Assembly (NCBI RefSeq): GCF_964355755.1
Contig: NC_092672.1
Coordinates: 11,904,001-11,968,000 of the forward strand
Reading direction: 5' to 3'
From: Antedon mediterranea
Taxonomy: Eukaryota; Animalia; Echinodermata
DNA length: 64,000 nt
The translations under genes were made by a program, and so were the position numbers. Below, piece after piece: positions 42,001 through 51,886 of this stretch (its first letter is position 1; every line of letters begins with the position of its first letter). The notes under the pieces are model-generated. The model had not been told where the DNA came from, ran no database searches, and was given only the letters and a program-made list of their open reading frames with translations.

Positions 42001-42376
42001 CTCCCTTGAGTTTACCGTAAACATGGTTATGATTTATATCATATTCACATTCAAATAAATATAGTTTCTATACCTTATCTACGGAGTTCACAAGATGTGG
42101 ATATGTTTTACATATTTCTTCAATTTCTTCCAAATTTCCATATCTTACAGCTCTTTGCAATACGTTTCTGAAAAAAAAAGAAGATAAAAATAAATCATGG
42201 CTAGAATACTCGGTCGATGATGTTAATATGTTTATTTGTCATGTTTCTAAACAATGATAAATACAATTTTTCTTTGAACTCTTTATAATATTAAAAATTT
42301 GTTGGATATAAAATGTAAAGCTTACTTCTCCATTTAAAAAATGCAGTCAGTTTGAAGAAATAACTTACTCATCCAT
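11488..42376 (-). CDS. Multi-exon gene (25 coding exons, 3813 nt CDS, ~1270 aa): ankyrin repeat - Roc GTPase - COR - tandem DED protein (ROCO family, no kinase)
   Basis: Manual splicing with GT..AG introns and matching phases gives one open frame from ATG 42376 to TAG 11488. Motifs: GxTPLH ankyrin repeats, P-loop GKEGAGKT, switch I STDGI, IWDYAGQ, LVATHMD, COR motifs VPLKWL and ALTYLNDIGAI, and two DED-like helical bundles. The start codon and any further 5' exons are not proven. Confidence 0.85.
12659..12697 (-). CDS. Linker micro-exon (RSCVEPATLHYR)
   Basis: 39 nt, phase 1-1, strong acceptor ttttcattttcag, gtagct donor. Confidence 0.6.
13247..13327 (-). CDS. Linker exon (EQITAVTEREREKTFETCISSTTEIT)
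   Basis: 81 nt, phase 1-1, ttttacag/gtatgt. Confidence 0.7.
13498..13702 (-). CDS. Exon: COR end with Cys/His cluster (CTVC..HHLH..C..C)
   Basis: 205 nt, phase 0 to 1, canonical sites. Confidence 0.82.
13792..13896 (-). CDS. Exon: COR-B (LEIYRLR...PSVCME)
   Basis: 105 nt, phase 0-0, canonical sites. Confidence 0.8.
14151..14453 (-). CDS. Exon: COR-B (FLVPC...FLPDAVYHTLVV)
   Basis: 303 nt, phase 0-0; COR xxVP and P...xxLV motifs. Confidence 0.88.
14916..15062 (-). CDS. Exon: COR (WNKLSEKGILEEKLLRYLW...MKEFRLL)
   Basis: 147 nt, phase 0-0; GIL...LW...MxxFxL COR motif. Confidence 0.88.
15166..15360 (-). CDS. Exon: COR-A (ECGI...ALTYLNDIGAIMY...LENTVI)
   Basis: 195 nt, phase 0-0; LxxLxDxGxI COR motif; not in the ORF track. 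Confidence 0.88.
15981..16226 (-). CDS. Exon: Roc end/COR start (VDNT...GIKQLR...VPLKWL)
   Basis: 246 nt, phase 0-0; PxxW COR-entry motif. Confidence 0.88.
16413..16604 (-). CDS. Exon: Roc G4 region (FWIRSI...PPICLVATHMD)
   Basis: WxxSI and PxxLVxTHxD Roc motifs; 192 nt, phase 0-0. Confidence 0.88.
16719..16808 (-). CDS. Exon: Roc (FFLTNRVSYCVAFNACDNLDEP)
   Basis: Continues the H-xFLT motif; 90 nt, phase 0-0. Confidence 0.85.
17177..17388 (-). CDS. Exon: Roc switch II (IWDYAGQLDYYITH)
   Basis: WDxAGQ Roc motif; phase 1 to 0. Confidence 0.9.
17734..17901 (-). CDS. Exon: Roc insert 3 (NSRFKQTQRIFEEAVVEEI...AVESA)
   Basis: 168 nt, phase 1-1, gtaagg donor. Confidence 0.78.
18400..18552 (-). 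CDS. Exon: Roc insert 2, Ser/Thr-rich (TSQKTHEHITAK...SDSVSSVE)
   Basis: 153 nt, phase 1-1, ttgcag acceptor, gtttga donor; the frame differs from the ORF-track call. Confidence 0.7.
18717..22027 (+). mobile_element. Academ-type (AcademX-like) DNA transposon, internally deleted and degenerate
   Basis: Termini TAGTCAGGCAGCATTTGT...ACAAATGCTGCCTGACTA, imperfect TIRs of roughly 450-500 bp, 3-bp TSD AGA (18714-16 and 22028-30); internal ORF fragments carry XPG/PIN-like motifs and a C-terminal Cys cluster. Confidence 0.85.
19640..21381 (+). pseudogene. Disrupted Academ protein C-terminal half (XPG/FEN-like nuclease plus Cys-rich zinc finger)
   Basis: ORFs 19829-20113, 20125-20742 and 20821-21381 are separated by stops/frameshifts; motifs EEGDQ..SVDTDVF, GTDNTG.F, LPPT..H..RA.Y...W, CSTNRCSCKKNNLLCTDACEC. 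Confidence 0.8.
22043..22213 (-). CDS. Exon: Roc insert 1 (MELNKKIREDALAEKL...SSVDPVKI)
   Basis: 171 nt, phase 1-1, open frame, canonical splice sites. Confidence 0.8.
22598..22701 (-). CDS. Exon: Roc switch I (FKSNEPSTDGIAI)
   Basis: STxGI Roc motif; phase 2 to 1; gtaagt donor. Confidence 0.88.
23415..23571 (-). CDS. Exon: start of Roc domain with P-loop (PVEILARG...MFLGKEGAGKTSCVKAMLGQ)
   Basis: Walker A GxxxxGKT preceded by a PxEIxARG motif typical of invertebrate Roc domains; phase 1 to 2. Confidence 0.9.
23809..23893 (-). CDS. Exon: C-terminal capping ankyrin repeat/linker (RGQTPASVLKDNDDISKEKKNKILKLLD)
   Basis: 85 nt, phase 0 to 1, GQTP motif, gtaagt donor. Confidence 0.8.
23940..24850 (+). 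mobile_element. Non-autonomous Helitron, copy 1, carrying a nested repeat at about 24617-24780
   Basis: a|TCTATA start; ends GCGAGCGAAGCGAG..CTAG|t; long homology to 38371-39662. Confidence 0.75.
25223..26263 (+). mobile_element. Helitron/Helentron-like non-autonomous element containing a tRNA-like segment
   Basis: ACTAG terminus with adjacent imperfect hairpin, ATTAATATAGAT at the other end, tRNA B-box-like segment (ggattcgaac) at about 25835; boundaries approximate. Confidence 0.5.
26491..26598 (-). CDS. Ankyrin cassette exon (VGNTPLHEHVRTGRSGNIEIVNSLIAHGASLKARNK)
   Basis: 108 nt, phase 0-0, ttccag acceptor, gtacag donor. Confidence 0.85.
27247..27275 (-). pseudogene. Truncated ankyrin cassette exon (DGNTPLHRH...), 3' part and donor deleted
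   Basis: Intact paralogous acceptor region followed by about 29 nt of exon that runs into paralogous intron sequence and reaches TAA about 12 codons later. Confidence 0.75.
27717..27821 (-). CDS. Ankyrin cassette exon (NGDTPLHRHFRLGRGNVETVNSLIANGASITATNN)
   Basis: 105 nt, phase 0-0, intact splice sites. Confidence 0.85.
28300..28400 (+). mobile_element. SINE 3' fragment inserted in an ankyrin-cassette intron
   Basis: Absent from paralogous introns (gggtttgcttataacggg); ends in an (AATTC)n-like tail. Confidence 0.6.
28496..28600 (-). CDS. Ankyrin cassette exon (EGNTPLHEHVKFGDGNVEIVNSLIAHGALITATNN)
   Basis: 105 nt, phase 0-0, intact splice sites. Confidence 0.85.
28926..29030 (-). CDS. Ankyrin cassette exon (DGNTPLHGHVRYGCGNVEIVNSLIAHGALITATNN)
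   Basis: 105 nt, phase 0-0, intact splice sites. Confidence 0.85.
29120..29303. mobile_element. Foldback MITE (CACCC...GGGTG)
   Basis: Near-perfect inverted arms of about 70 bp (agtgtggaagactgtcgaca/ctaccagagacctatctgact and their reverse complements); absent from paralogous introns. Confidence 0.75.
29535..29750 (+). mobile_element. tRNA-derived SINE
   Basis: tagctca A-box remnant, B-box gggttcaagtccc, A-rich tail. Confidence 0.6.
31630..31800 (+). mobile_element. Old BEL/Pao pol fragment
   Basis: RRTILGSICSIYDPFSFAAP...DEPL...W is homologous to TRRGILSVVASVYDPLGLITP in the intact BEL in this window. Confidence 0.7.
34970..35260 (+). mobile_element. tRNA-derived SINE with Deu-type core, nested in the P element
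   Basis: B-box gggttcgagg; core taaaccgtaggtcc...taaagaaccc...ttcgaaaaagagtaggggg..ccccggtg; (TAAA)n tail. Confidence 0.7.
35716..35870. mobile_element. 155-bp non-autonomous element (AcademH-like) inserted in the P element right TIR
   Basis: TAGAC...GACTA termini, a hairpin at each end (agactt..aagtct; gtctgg..ccagac), 9-bp TSD CATCTTTAG. Confidence 0.7.
36690..36970 (+). mobile_element. Old BEL/Pao RNase H fragment (duplicated at about 41190-41500)
   Basis: Translates to RCYKPQGFGEV...MHFISDAS...CTYLR. Confidence 0.7.
37821..37925 (-). CDS. Ankyrin cassette exon (YGNTPLHEHVESGRSNVKIVNSLIANGASVTATNN)
   Basis: 105 nt, phase 0-0, ttccag acceptor, gtaaat donor, GxTPLH...LIxxGA ankyrin consensus. 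Confidence 0.85.
38371..39662 (+). mobile_element. Non-autonomous Helitron, copy 2
   Basis: a|TC start, 3' hairpin GATGGTACGC..GCGTACCATC then CTAG|t, no TSD; the empty paralogous site is visible at about 31050-31070. Confidence 0.85.
42074..42167 (-). CDS. Exon: N-terminal capping ankyrin repeat (NVLQRAVRYGNLEEIEEICKTYPHLVNSVDK)
   Basis: Poly-T acceptor and gtata donor; phase 2 to 0; ankyrin-like LxxAVxxGNLE motif. Confidence 0.8.
42369..42376 (-). CDS. Exon 1 coding part (ATG GAT GA) of a 22-nt exon, 42369-42390
   Basis: Acceptor tttttcag and donor gtaagt; the phase-2 end fits the next exon (MDENVLQ). The frame upstream of the ATG is open, so coding could start further 5'. Confidence 0.6.
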
Positions 42377-42469
42377 TGAAAGAGTGGTTGCTGAAAAATG
42401 AAACGTAAACTTAAATTATTAGGTGATCATTTAGAATAAAATGATCACATATTGTTATTGTATGAAATC

Positions 42470-43884
42470 TTTAATATTATTGTTTCTGTACTCTTTTTGT
42501 GTAACAATTATCTCAAAAAGTTTAATGTCAATGATCACAAAAATTTCACAATGTCAAATACTTTAACTTAGTCCAAATAAGCTTTTCAGCGCGATCACTC
42601 ACCCGTGACGTCATTTATACGCCATTTTGTGAAATCACATTATCAATCATATCTCCATAAATTCATTATCACATATTAATGAAATTCACTATACGTAAAC
42701 TTCAGGTCAATGTAAAGATATTAGCAAATCGTGAAATCGCGCGTTAAAAATTGAAAAAGCTCAAAGTTAAGTTTTGATCAATGATTTGAGCATGAATTAG
42801 GATTTACGTGTTTCAAAATTTACTGAGCTTTTTGCGCACGCGATTCTTAGAAAGCGTAAAAAATTAAATTTGATGTATAAATCGCATTCTACTCACAATC
42901 CTTAGTACATTCACTTATTTTGAGTCCATTCCGACTTAAAATTACGCTCTACGAGCACGTTAAAGATAACAAAATGCGCACATTAATTTCACAAAAATTC
43001 CGAAAATGATGAAAAATAGGTCTTTTTTAAAATGGAAAAAACTCTTCAGAATGCAAGATGACCCACTTATACGGGAAGCCATTGAGTTGTAGATATGAAT
43101 TCATGTACACATTTGACGTCCAAAATGTTGTTACGTCATCAAATGGCCACTTGAATTTAAAAATTGGGATTTTTTATCTTTTTGTATAGGTTATCACATT
43201 CAATAGAGCGCATCTCCATTATTTGATCCCAATTTTCGCTCAAATTTTAGTATGTGCTTGCTACATTAATTATCTTTATCATAACTTGCCACTATATTTG
43301 TTTGATGACGTCATCACGCGTAAAAACTTGAGGAACATTGGTCGAGTAATTTCACCTTCAGCGTATATTTGAATATCTCACAGCTCTTCAGAATTACAGG
43401 TGACCTTGATTAATTTAATTTATTGTGAACAGCTGATGAAATTTAGATTAAACAATTAAATCGATCGAATGTTGTGACGTTATGATATGGCCAGTTGAAT
43501 TTAAAAAGTAGTTTTTTCATCTCTTTCGTCACATTTATAACAATTTTAAATAGCGCGCACTGCGAAATTTTCTTCCAAACCTTATATTTTTTTGCTCAAT
43601 TCATTATCTTTCGAAATTGTCATCTTCAAGTTTATTTTATGTGGGTCCCGTAAGTTCATCTATGCTACACTGTATATGGATATACAGTATACTGTACATA
43701 TTATATATGACACATAATACTGTAGGTACAACTCAGCACTATAAGTGTATAATGCATCATGTCATAGGATGACGTACATCAACTTTTTACGATCGTATGT
43801 TAACGTACATGCATGTTTAAAAAAATTTAATTTCATTAAAATTATAAAAATGATCCCGTATAATTCGTCAAAGTGACGAATTAA
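42470..43884 (+). mobile_element. Helitron-like non-autonomous element whose 3' end is split by the Kolobok-like insertion
   Basis: Hairpin aattcgtca..tgacgaatt at 43862-82; the matching CTAG|t lies at 49152-55, beyond the insertion; 5' boundary approximate. Confidence 0.5.
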
Positions 43885-44144
43885 GAGCCATTGTCTGTAA
43901 GAATCAAAGAAATATCAAAAAGAGTGGCAGACTAAAAAAAATGGATTTCTTTCAAATTTTGCACATGGCTATATATGTGTTGAGAGAAATCAAATATGAA
44001 GTATTTTTTATTTCACACGTATATTTCCATGGCAACGGCCAAATTTGTGTTTTTGACAAATTTTTTCCTTTTTTAAGGTTTTTTAAAATGGATATTATCT
44101 CTCACATACTAAACCGCTTTTCCATGATCTAAACACCCTAAATA

Positions 44145-44759
44145 TCTTTGACATAAACAAATTACAGACAGCCCTTTTCATGTATCGACTTTCCAATAAC
44201 ACACTTCCTAATACCTTAAAAAGATTTTTTCAAAAAAATAACGAGCTTCACAAATATAATACCCGAAATTCAAACAAATACGTCCAATCTAACCTAAATC
44301 GAAACTCTTCCCGAAATTCAATTATCCACACAGGCCCCTTACTATGGAACTCCCTTAACAAGTCTTTATTTGATTATAGTTTCATCATATTTAAATCAAA
44401 ATACAAAAAATACCTAATATCAAAATACAAACCAACTTAATATTTCACCCAAATTTTGACCTATTTCAAACACCTCTTTTACCCTTATTTATTTATTTGT
44501 TTGTTTGTCTTGTCTTTGTCTATACTTGGTCTCTTGCGTAGTGTATGTACCGTCTGTAACCCCTGTTTGTCTCTGTCTATGAACATTTGATCCGAATTTT
44601 TTTATACAACTTTTTTCCTGGTGGAACCTGTCGTAAAGCTCTTTGAGCTTATTTGTGTTTTCTCCAGATACAATGCATTTATATTAACTTGATTCATACT
44701 TTGTCAACATATTTTGAAATTTGCTTTGTATAAATAAATGAATGAATGAATGAATGAAT
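44145..44759 (+). mobile_element. 5'-truncated CR1/L2-group LINE 3' end
   Basis: ORF 44180-44440 with HKYNTR...GPLLWNSL...FKSKYKKYL C-terminal motifs, a 3' UTR, and a (GAAT)n tail. Confidence 0.8.
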
Positions 44760-46228
44760 ATTGGTACTATTTTGATGAACGATATTTTTGTTTTGTTCAT
44801 TTAATTATAAAAAATAATTAGTGTATGCATAATAACAATGCATTGTGTACCTGTTTCAAATTGTTTTATTTTTTTTATTTCATACTTTGGGAGATAGCAT
44901 TTATTTAAAAATGGGTGTTTTTCACTTTTTTTAAATTGTTCAATGCAACTAAACTTTACTTCACCATAACGCCCAAATTGTTGTATTTTTTTAGCTGATT
45001 TATTACAAATAGGTAGTTCTAATGTTTCATAATTGATTTCTAAAATAAAATACTGGGGTAAATTTAAAATCTACAAGCAGTGTTGCAAGAAACATAGGCA
45101 TTTTTATTTTTAAAAAAAACATGGTATGTTAGTAAAAACATTTTATTTTCTTTGATTATTTGATTTGAAACTCATTGGTCAGAAAAATTCTTAATGTTTT
45201 ATATAGTTCTAGTTGTGTTGCGAGAAAAAAAACCCAATATTTTTAATTATAGATTCTGTAATTCTCAGTTTTAATGTCATGTTATAGGTTATATCCTCTG
45301 GAAATTTGAATAAATTATCAGATCGATTTTAATCCTTGCAACAGATTACTCCTCACTTATTTTAAAGCTCCTCTTTCATTTGTTTACTTCTTTTATTTGC
45401 TAACCTAAGCAGATCCCACGTGCCCATCCACCACCACTTTTGACTACCACCCCCCTCCCCACCCCGACAATAACCACAAAAAGATAAACTGCAACACTGG
45501 TCGATCATCCACTATAGAGTGTCAAATGCATGCACTCAAGCACCACCCACACTGCCGCTACCATCGCCCCTATGAATAGACGGATTCAAACTCCTCCATC
45601 CCACCCCTTCCCCTTTCTCCAAGACCCCATCCACCCCAAGTTAAAAAGTGCAATGCAAAAGATAGGACATAAAGTTAAGTTTTTAGACCCTCGCCTTCAA
45701 CCCCCTAACTATTTAAAAGTCCTGGATCCACCACTTTCCCCTCCCCAAAATAGAACCAATCAAAAGTCAATGATATAGGCCTACTCAGGTATGTTAATGC
45801 TACATAACAAATATTGAAGCCCTGATTTGAAATTTCATTTTATTTAAGGTCAGCATGTAAAATATCACACTTTATTATTAAATATTGGTTTTAAATTCTA
45901 TATTTTTTTTACTGTGATGGTTGGATTCAGTATTAATTATTAATTATCAGATAATTATTAATAATAGTAACTGTTACTATGGTAACTAAAAATGAGATAT
46001 TCTTTAGATTTTGCATATTTATCTCATACAAATTTTCAAATTACCGTTTCACAATGTCATATTTGTAAGCATTTTCTTCTGTGATTATTTTTATTCATGA
46101 AAACCCCATATTTCATTTACAGCGGCCACCTCCCTTAACGGACGCACTTTGATAAGCCTGTTTGTTCTTCTTATCTAATTAGTGCATTTGGTGCTTACCG
46201 TAAGCAGCTGCGGGCACCTTTTTATACT

Positions 46229-46997
46229 AACAAGGCCAACAGCCATTAAGTCGCGTGCTACAATGCATAGTGATACCGGACCGACAGACAGACCGACCGA
46301 CAGACCGACAGACCGACCGACATAGTGAACTATAGAGACGCGTCCACGCGACTAAAAAGGCATAATTTTGACGAATTTTTGAACTTTTTCATCAAAAACG
46401 TTCGCAAATTATTCAATTCGACGTGCTGGTATGTCGTAATTTTAAGTCGAAATTGTTTAAAAGCTGGTAAAATTATTAGAAAAGGCTGCAAAAACATAAA
46501 TCACGCGAAAAAAGTATGTATTTAACGCTACGTGCGCACGCGCACGTACAAATTTGCGCGCGTATGGGAATTTTTGACGACATGCTCAAAATGACAAGAA
46601 ACGCGTAGAAAGTTGATTAAAAATTAATTGTGCGCATTTTCAAATTTTAAATGCGCGTGCGCGCGTAACTTTGTGTAAAACACACATTTTTTTTTCAACA
46701 GAAAATTAGCGCCTGATATAAATTAAACTTTTGCAAAGTTTCAATTTAAAATGTTATTTGGTTTTTGACCTATGTTAAATACGAGAAAATCGTTAAATCG
46801 CGCGTAAATCACGTTGCGCAACTCTAACGTCATTCACAATAGCACAATTTCACGTAAATGCCCACATGTTAACATCAAAACAGTTCAAAAAGTACAGAAA
46901 AGCAATAAAACGCATAGTGATACCGGACCGACAGACCGACCGACCGACCGAGCGACCGACATAGTGAACTATAGAGTCGCTTCCACACGACTAAAAA
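46229..46997 (+). mobile_element. Helentron/DINE-like element with (GACC/GACA)n microsatellite and 3' stem-loop; relatives at about 7080-7212 and 24617-24780 (minus)
   Basis: Repeated module ccgacagaccgaccgacatagtgaactatagagtcgcg..cgcgactaaaaa. Confidence 0.65.
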
Positions 46998-47329
46998 TGA
47001 GATTTTTTGTAAGCGGCCAATCGAAAAATGTGATACTTATTGCATGGACCTATGAATTAGAGGTGCATGTTTATTGTATTTCTTTATATATTAGCTTTAT
47101 TTTGAAGAGGTTTAAAAACATTACTGTGAAGAGATGAGAAAACTACACAGATTTTGACCGACCATTTTTCATATGATAAAAGTTTTTAAAATTTGTCTGA
47201 AAATGCTAAAAAATACTAAACCACCTGATTATAAATAATAATAGGCCTACAATTAGCTGGAAAATTGAGAGGCTCGTTTCGTTAAGAATATCGTATATAG
47301 CCATAATAAGTGATTTTGGCCCTTTATCG

Positions 47330-47415
47330 GCAGAACCTCCCGTAAGGGATCACCGCCCGTAAGCGGCCACTTTTCCAGGTCCCGAGGGTGGCCACTTACG
47401 GGAGGTTCAACTGTA
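47330..47415 (-). mobile_element. Tc1/pogo-type MITE end
   Basis: TA|CAGTTGAACCTCCCGTAAG terminus with repeated gcggccac/cccgtaag motifs; related piece at about 46115-46215. Confidence 0.5.
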
Positions 47416-49820
47416 TTTAAAAAAACAATTATCCTTAGTTATGCATAGAAACAGGTTCTAAGATAACATAAATAATACATTTTGACATAACTTGACCCAA
47501 CACAAATGACCCTTTCACAAGGTCAGACATTTTCTGGGATTCAGTAGATAAGTAAATTTGGGAAAAGGTAGTAAAGCTATTTAATCAATTGTTTGTAGTC
47601 ATGAAACCCCATATTAAAAATATTGTACTTAGTTACGTATAGAAACAGTTGCTACAATAAACTATAGGTAAAATGTTGATGTCATTTGACCTCAATATGT
47701 AAATTTTTTTTTTTTCATGAAAACTCCATATTTATTTTATTTTTTTTAAATATCATTTAAGTTACGTAAACAGGTTTAAGATAACACTAAAGGTCATTTT
47801 TTTACCTTTATTCAGATTTCTTTCTGAGATTATTAGGATTCAGTATTTAAAGTAAATTTGGCAAAAAGTAGAAATGTAAAACTATGTAGAAAAAATATTT
47901 TGTATTTAGGAAAAACCCCTTATTTTTTTGAAATTTTCGCATAGAAACAGTTACTATGGTAAAATGTTGACCTCAAAATGAATGAATTTATAAGGTCAAG
48001 TTTGTCATTAATGGAATGCAGTAGAAGTAAAATTGAGTAAAATTACAAATGCAATAAATTCTTTGTATTTATAAAAACGCCATTTTTTACGTTTTTTAAA
48101 AATTACTTTCCTTAGTTACACATAGAAATGGTTGCTAAGGTAACACTATAGGTAAAATATGAAAATTGTTGAGAATTGTTATGAACTATCTTGTAAATTT
48201 TGATCAAATATTAATAGTTGTAGTAAAGTGGGGACCTGTCCTGTTTTGCATTCTGACCCCTTTTGACCTCAAATGACCTATTTACAAGGTCAGATTTTTT
48301 TGGGAGGTCTTTCTGTATCTCTTTACACAAAATAGATTTTAACATTTATAAAAACCATTGACGCAATTATTTCCAAGTTTAACATTATTTTCCATCAACT
48401 AAATATTTCAATGCAAAATACTGTTTTTCTGGCAATTAATTGAAATAAACCTGGCAACACATTCTCCTATTTTATCTAAACTATTCGTATGACTCTAGTA
48501 GCATTATGACAAGCCACATATACATTTTATTATTGGATTAGCCATATTTAAATTGTGTTTCATGTGTTTTGTTTGTTGATATTTTGTTATATTTTTTGTA
48601 TTTTTCGTATTTTCGTGGCAACACAAAACCTATGTACGAAATTTACCCCAGTGTTTTTTTCGTGATTATTGTTGACAAACCTATTGACTATCAAATTAAA
48701 AAACCTCATTGATTTAAAAACACCACTTTGGAAGTTATAGGTACGTTTATGAGGTATACTTTAATAAAATTTTTTTTTTTTTTAAACACTCCTTTTTAAA
48801 ATAATGGTATTAACCAAACTCCATTTTGTAATTTTTTTTTTCTACATTAAATGGAACTCAATACATGTTGTTTACACTGTTATAAACAAAAACTGTATAC
48901 TGTAAGTATTTTTGGTTAAAATAAGTATACAAGTTTGTACTTTTTCACTATAGAAAATCGGTGAAAAATGGCAAAAACATCAAAATTTGGATAATTGACC
49001 GTTGTCATGGCAACGGAGGTTAAAAATTGAAATGAATGTTGTAGATATGCTTTTTATTGAAATGTCTATTCTTAGTAAAAATTTGAGAGAAGTCCATTTT
49101 TTTACATCTGCCACAAAATCTTTGATTTTTACAGACAATGGCTCTTAAATTCTAGTTTTTATTATTTTTATTTTGCTGTTCATTTTTCAATATTTCAATA
49201 TTTTTCAATACTAGAAATTCTTCTTCTAATATTTTAAACTAAATTGAAAAATGAAGAGAACACAAAAATAAAATACATTTGTATATATTAGGCCTAATTG
49301 TCTTTAGATGAAATTACAAGATTTGATATTTATTCGAGCAGACCAACCATAAACGGTTTTTTTTTTCTAGTATATCATTTACTGTCAATTTTAGTATTTT
49401 TGTCAAAGCATTGTACCAATAATTTAATAAAAACATGTTAGGATTTATATACATTTTTCAAGTTTGTATTTTAACATAAATTATATAATTCTCGGTGGGA
49501 GCTAATAGATAAACTGCTAATATCAGATATAAGAAGTTTCTTCCCAAAGATAAGAAACATATCATCTCTACTCGCCTTAAGTGAAGTAAGACACTGCTTT
49601 GGTCCTGCCAGACCACAAAATAAAAGTTAGACTAGAAACCCAATTACATTGTAATTAATTACAAATGACCTTAAAGATCTATACATATACACTGCTTTGG
49701 TTCTTCCGAGAACCACACTCCAAAAGATAGACATCCCCTACCTATTGCTGATAGAATGATCTAGCACATTGTAAGGAATATAAAATAAGCTATTACAGAC
49801 TACCTACTTTGCATAGTACT

Positions 49821-50637
49821 TGTGACCTCCAGTCACGTGTAAAAGGCAAATAACAGAAACTTGTAACGCGTTATTGTGTCAAACGGTTTTAACTGAAATT
49901 TAATAGAAAAAATAAACAAGAATTAACATCAAAATACTAATTAAGCACTGTATTGTACATACTGATGATTTCTATAGTCGATTCCTTTATATAACATATA
50001 AACAATCTTATTGGCCTATTCTGCAGCTGCGCACTACTTGTGATCAGTCAAGCGTAACGAACATAATTCTGCACGCCGTGATAACTCACATGGTCTATCC
50101 ATGAAGAATTCTATGAAATATAAGTTTCCAATTACATAGCTAAACTAACTACACATGAACTACTAAAATGTTGATCACATAAACTACAATATCGTGGGTA
50201 AATCTACCACAGAATACGATGAATGTCAATCATAATATATAAAGTTATAATATAATTAAAAGCTTCCAACTAATCTATATAGTCGGGCGAACAGCGCTAA
50301 TCGCATCTTTTAGGCTAGCATAATGCTGTACACAATGGATGGTAACAATCAAGGATGATCGAAACTTAAACTTACAAAATAAAGAAAACTATAAAGTTAC
50401 AAATACTAAATCTTACGTCATATGATTCCTAAGTTATTAATTAAATGTATGATAATAATTAAAAGCATATAAAAACATACATCTATCTGTGACTATGCCT
50501 TTTGGAATGAAACATGGTGAAGATGACTGCTCTCTTTCGGAGAAAACAACACAGTAACCTCGGTAACATGAGAAGCAAGAAAGGTAATTTAAATATAAAG
50601 TATGGGACGCCAAATGCGTCGTACTCAAGCTGTAACA
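49821..50637 (-). repeat. 3' LTR of the BEL element
   Basis: Direct repeat of 56329-57145. Confidence 0.95.
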
Positions 50638-50738
50638 CACCGGCCCCTAAAGGCGCCACTAACCAGCCTTTACAAATTCAAACAATAAGCTTGAGTTACA
50701 CTAACAAAGATTAAATAAATGTTCATAAAGTTCATATC

Positions 50739-51886
50739 TTAAAACAAATCACTTGCGACTTCAAGCGATACCAATTTTGAGATTGGTCGAACGAGAGTTG
50801 ACATTTTAGTCTTCACTTTAGCAGATCTAACAAGACCATCTGCAGTGCTTGTGTATACTTCCACGACAACTGCCAGCGGCCATGAATTCCGTGGAGTTAA
50901 CTCATTCGCAACGATTACAACGTCACCGACCTTGAGGTTTCCATGCTTGTGATGCCATTTGCGCCTTTCCTGTAGAGAGGGCAGGTACTCTCGTTTCCAT
51001 CTACGCCAAAATAAGTCGGCCAGGTACTGAACTTGCCGCCAGCGCTTGGTTGCATGAGCATCATCTTGCGTAAGTGTTGCTGGTGGTAGTTGAGAACCTG
51101 TGCGTAACAGCAATAGGTGATTCGGAGTCAATGGCTCGCTATCCTTCGGATCATCAGACACCTTTGTAAGTGGTCGATTATTGATAATGCTTTCTACCTC
51201 ACAAAACAGGGTTCTTAATCCTTCCTCCTTCAATATTTGTTCCTGTATTAATCCACTTAAAACTTTACGTACGGTTCGAATACACCTTTCCCACACTCCG
51301 CCGAAATGAGAGGCTAGAGGAGGGTTAAATTTCCACACAATATGTCGTTGCAGGAGGTATTGGTGAATTTGGTCTTGATTCCACAGTTCAATTGCAGCCT
51401 TTAACTCCTTATTCCCCTTGACAAAATTTCCTCCATTGTCAGAGCGAATCTCTACTGGAGTTCCTCTTCTGGCAATAAATCTCCTTAAAGCGTTAATAAA
51501 CGAGGTAGTGTCCAAGGAGCTTGATAATTCAAGGTGAACTGCTCTGACAGTTAAGCAAGTGAAGATGATTCCGTATCTTTTAACACTTGACCTTCCCTGT
51601 CTCACGTAAAATGGACCGAAACAGTCCACTCCAATGTTGGTAAATGGTGGTGTAGATTTAACGCGATCAGCTGGTAGATCGGACATCTTTTGTTGCATTA
51701 CTGGCGCTGTATTCTTACGGCACTTAACACATCGGCGAACAACTGACTTCAATTTTACTCTTCCACCGATCGGCCAGAATCGTTGACGTATCGCCGCCAG
51801 TGTATGCTCTACGCCAGAATGTCCGGAAATAGCATGATAGTGTCGTAGGATAAGTAAGGTTACATGGTGATTCTTTGGAAGGATAA
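50739..51886 (-). CDS. BEL/Pao integrase (frameshifted continuation: HHCC zinc finger, DDE core)
   Basis: IILPKNHHVT..HYH..GHSG..CVKC, GVDCFGP, SDNG, GGVWER, LTPNHLL motifs. Confidence 0.9.

Larger units (their letters stand above)
43885..49144. mobile_element. Non-autonomous TIR element with TTAA target (Kolobok-like) and nested inserts
   Basis: TTAA|GAGCCATTGTCTGTAA ... TTACAGACAATGGCTC|TTAA; purine-purine terminus; long imperfect TIRs; no ORF. Confidence 0.75.

Noticed and set aside
11488-42376. Naming the gene DAPK1, LRRK or MFHAS1
   Set aside because: No kinase or LRR exons were found and the C-terminus is tandem DED-like, so orthology is unsupported
50437-50714. Short ORFs within or overlapping the LTRs (also 56945-57305)
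   Set aside because: LTR sequence with no protein features; no env-like ORF
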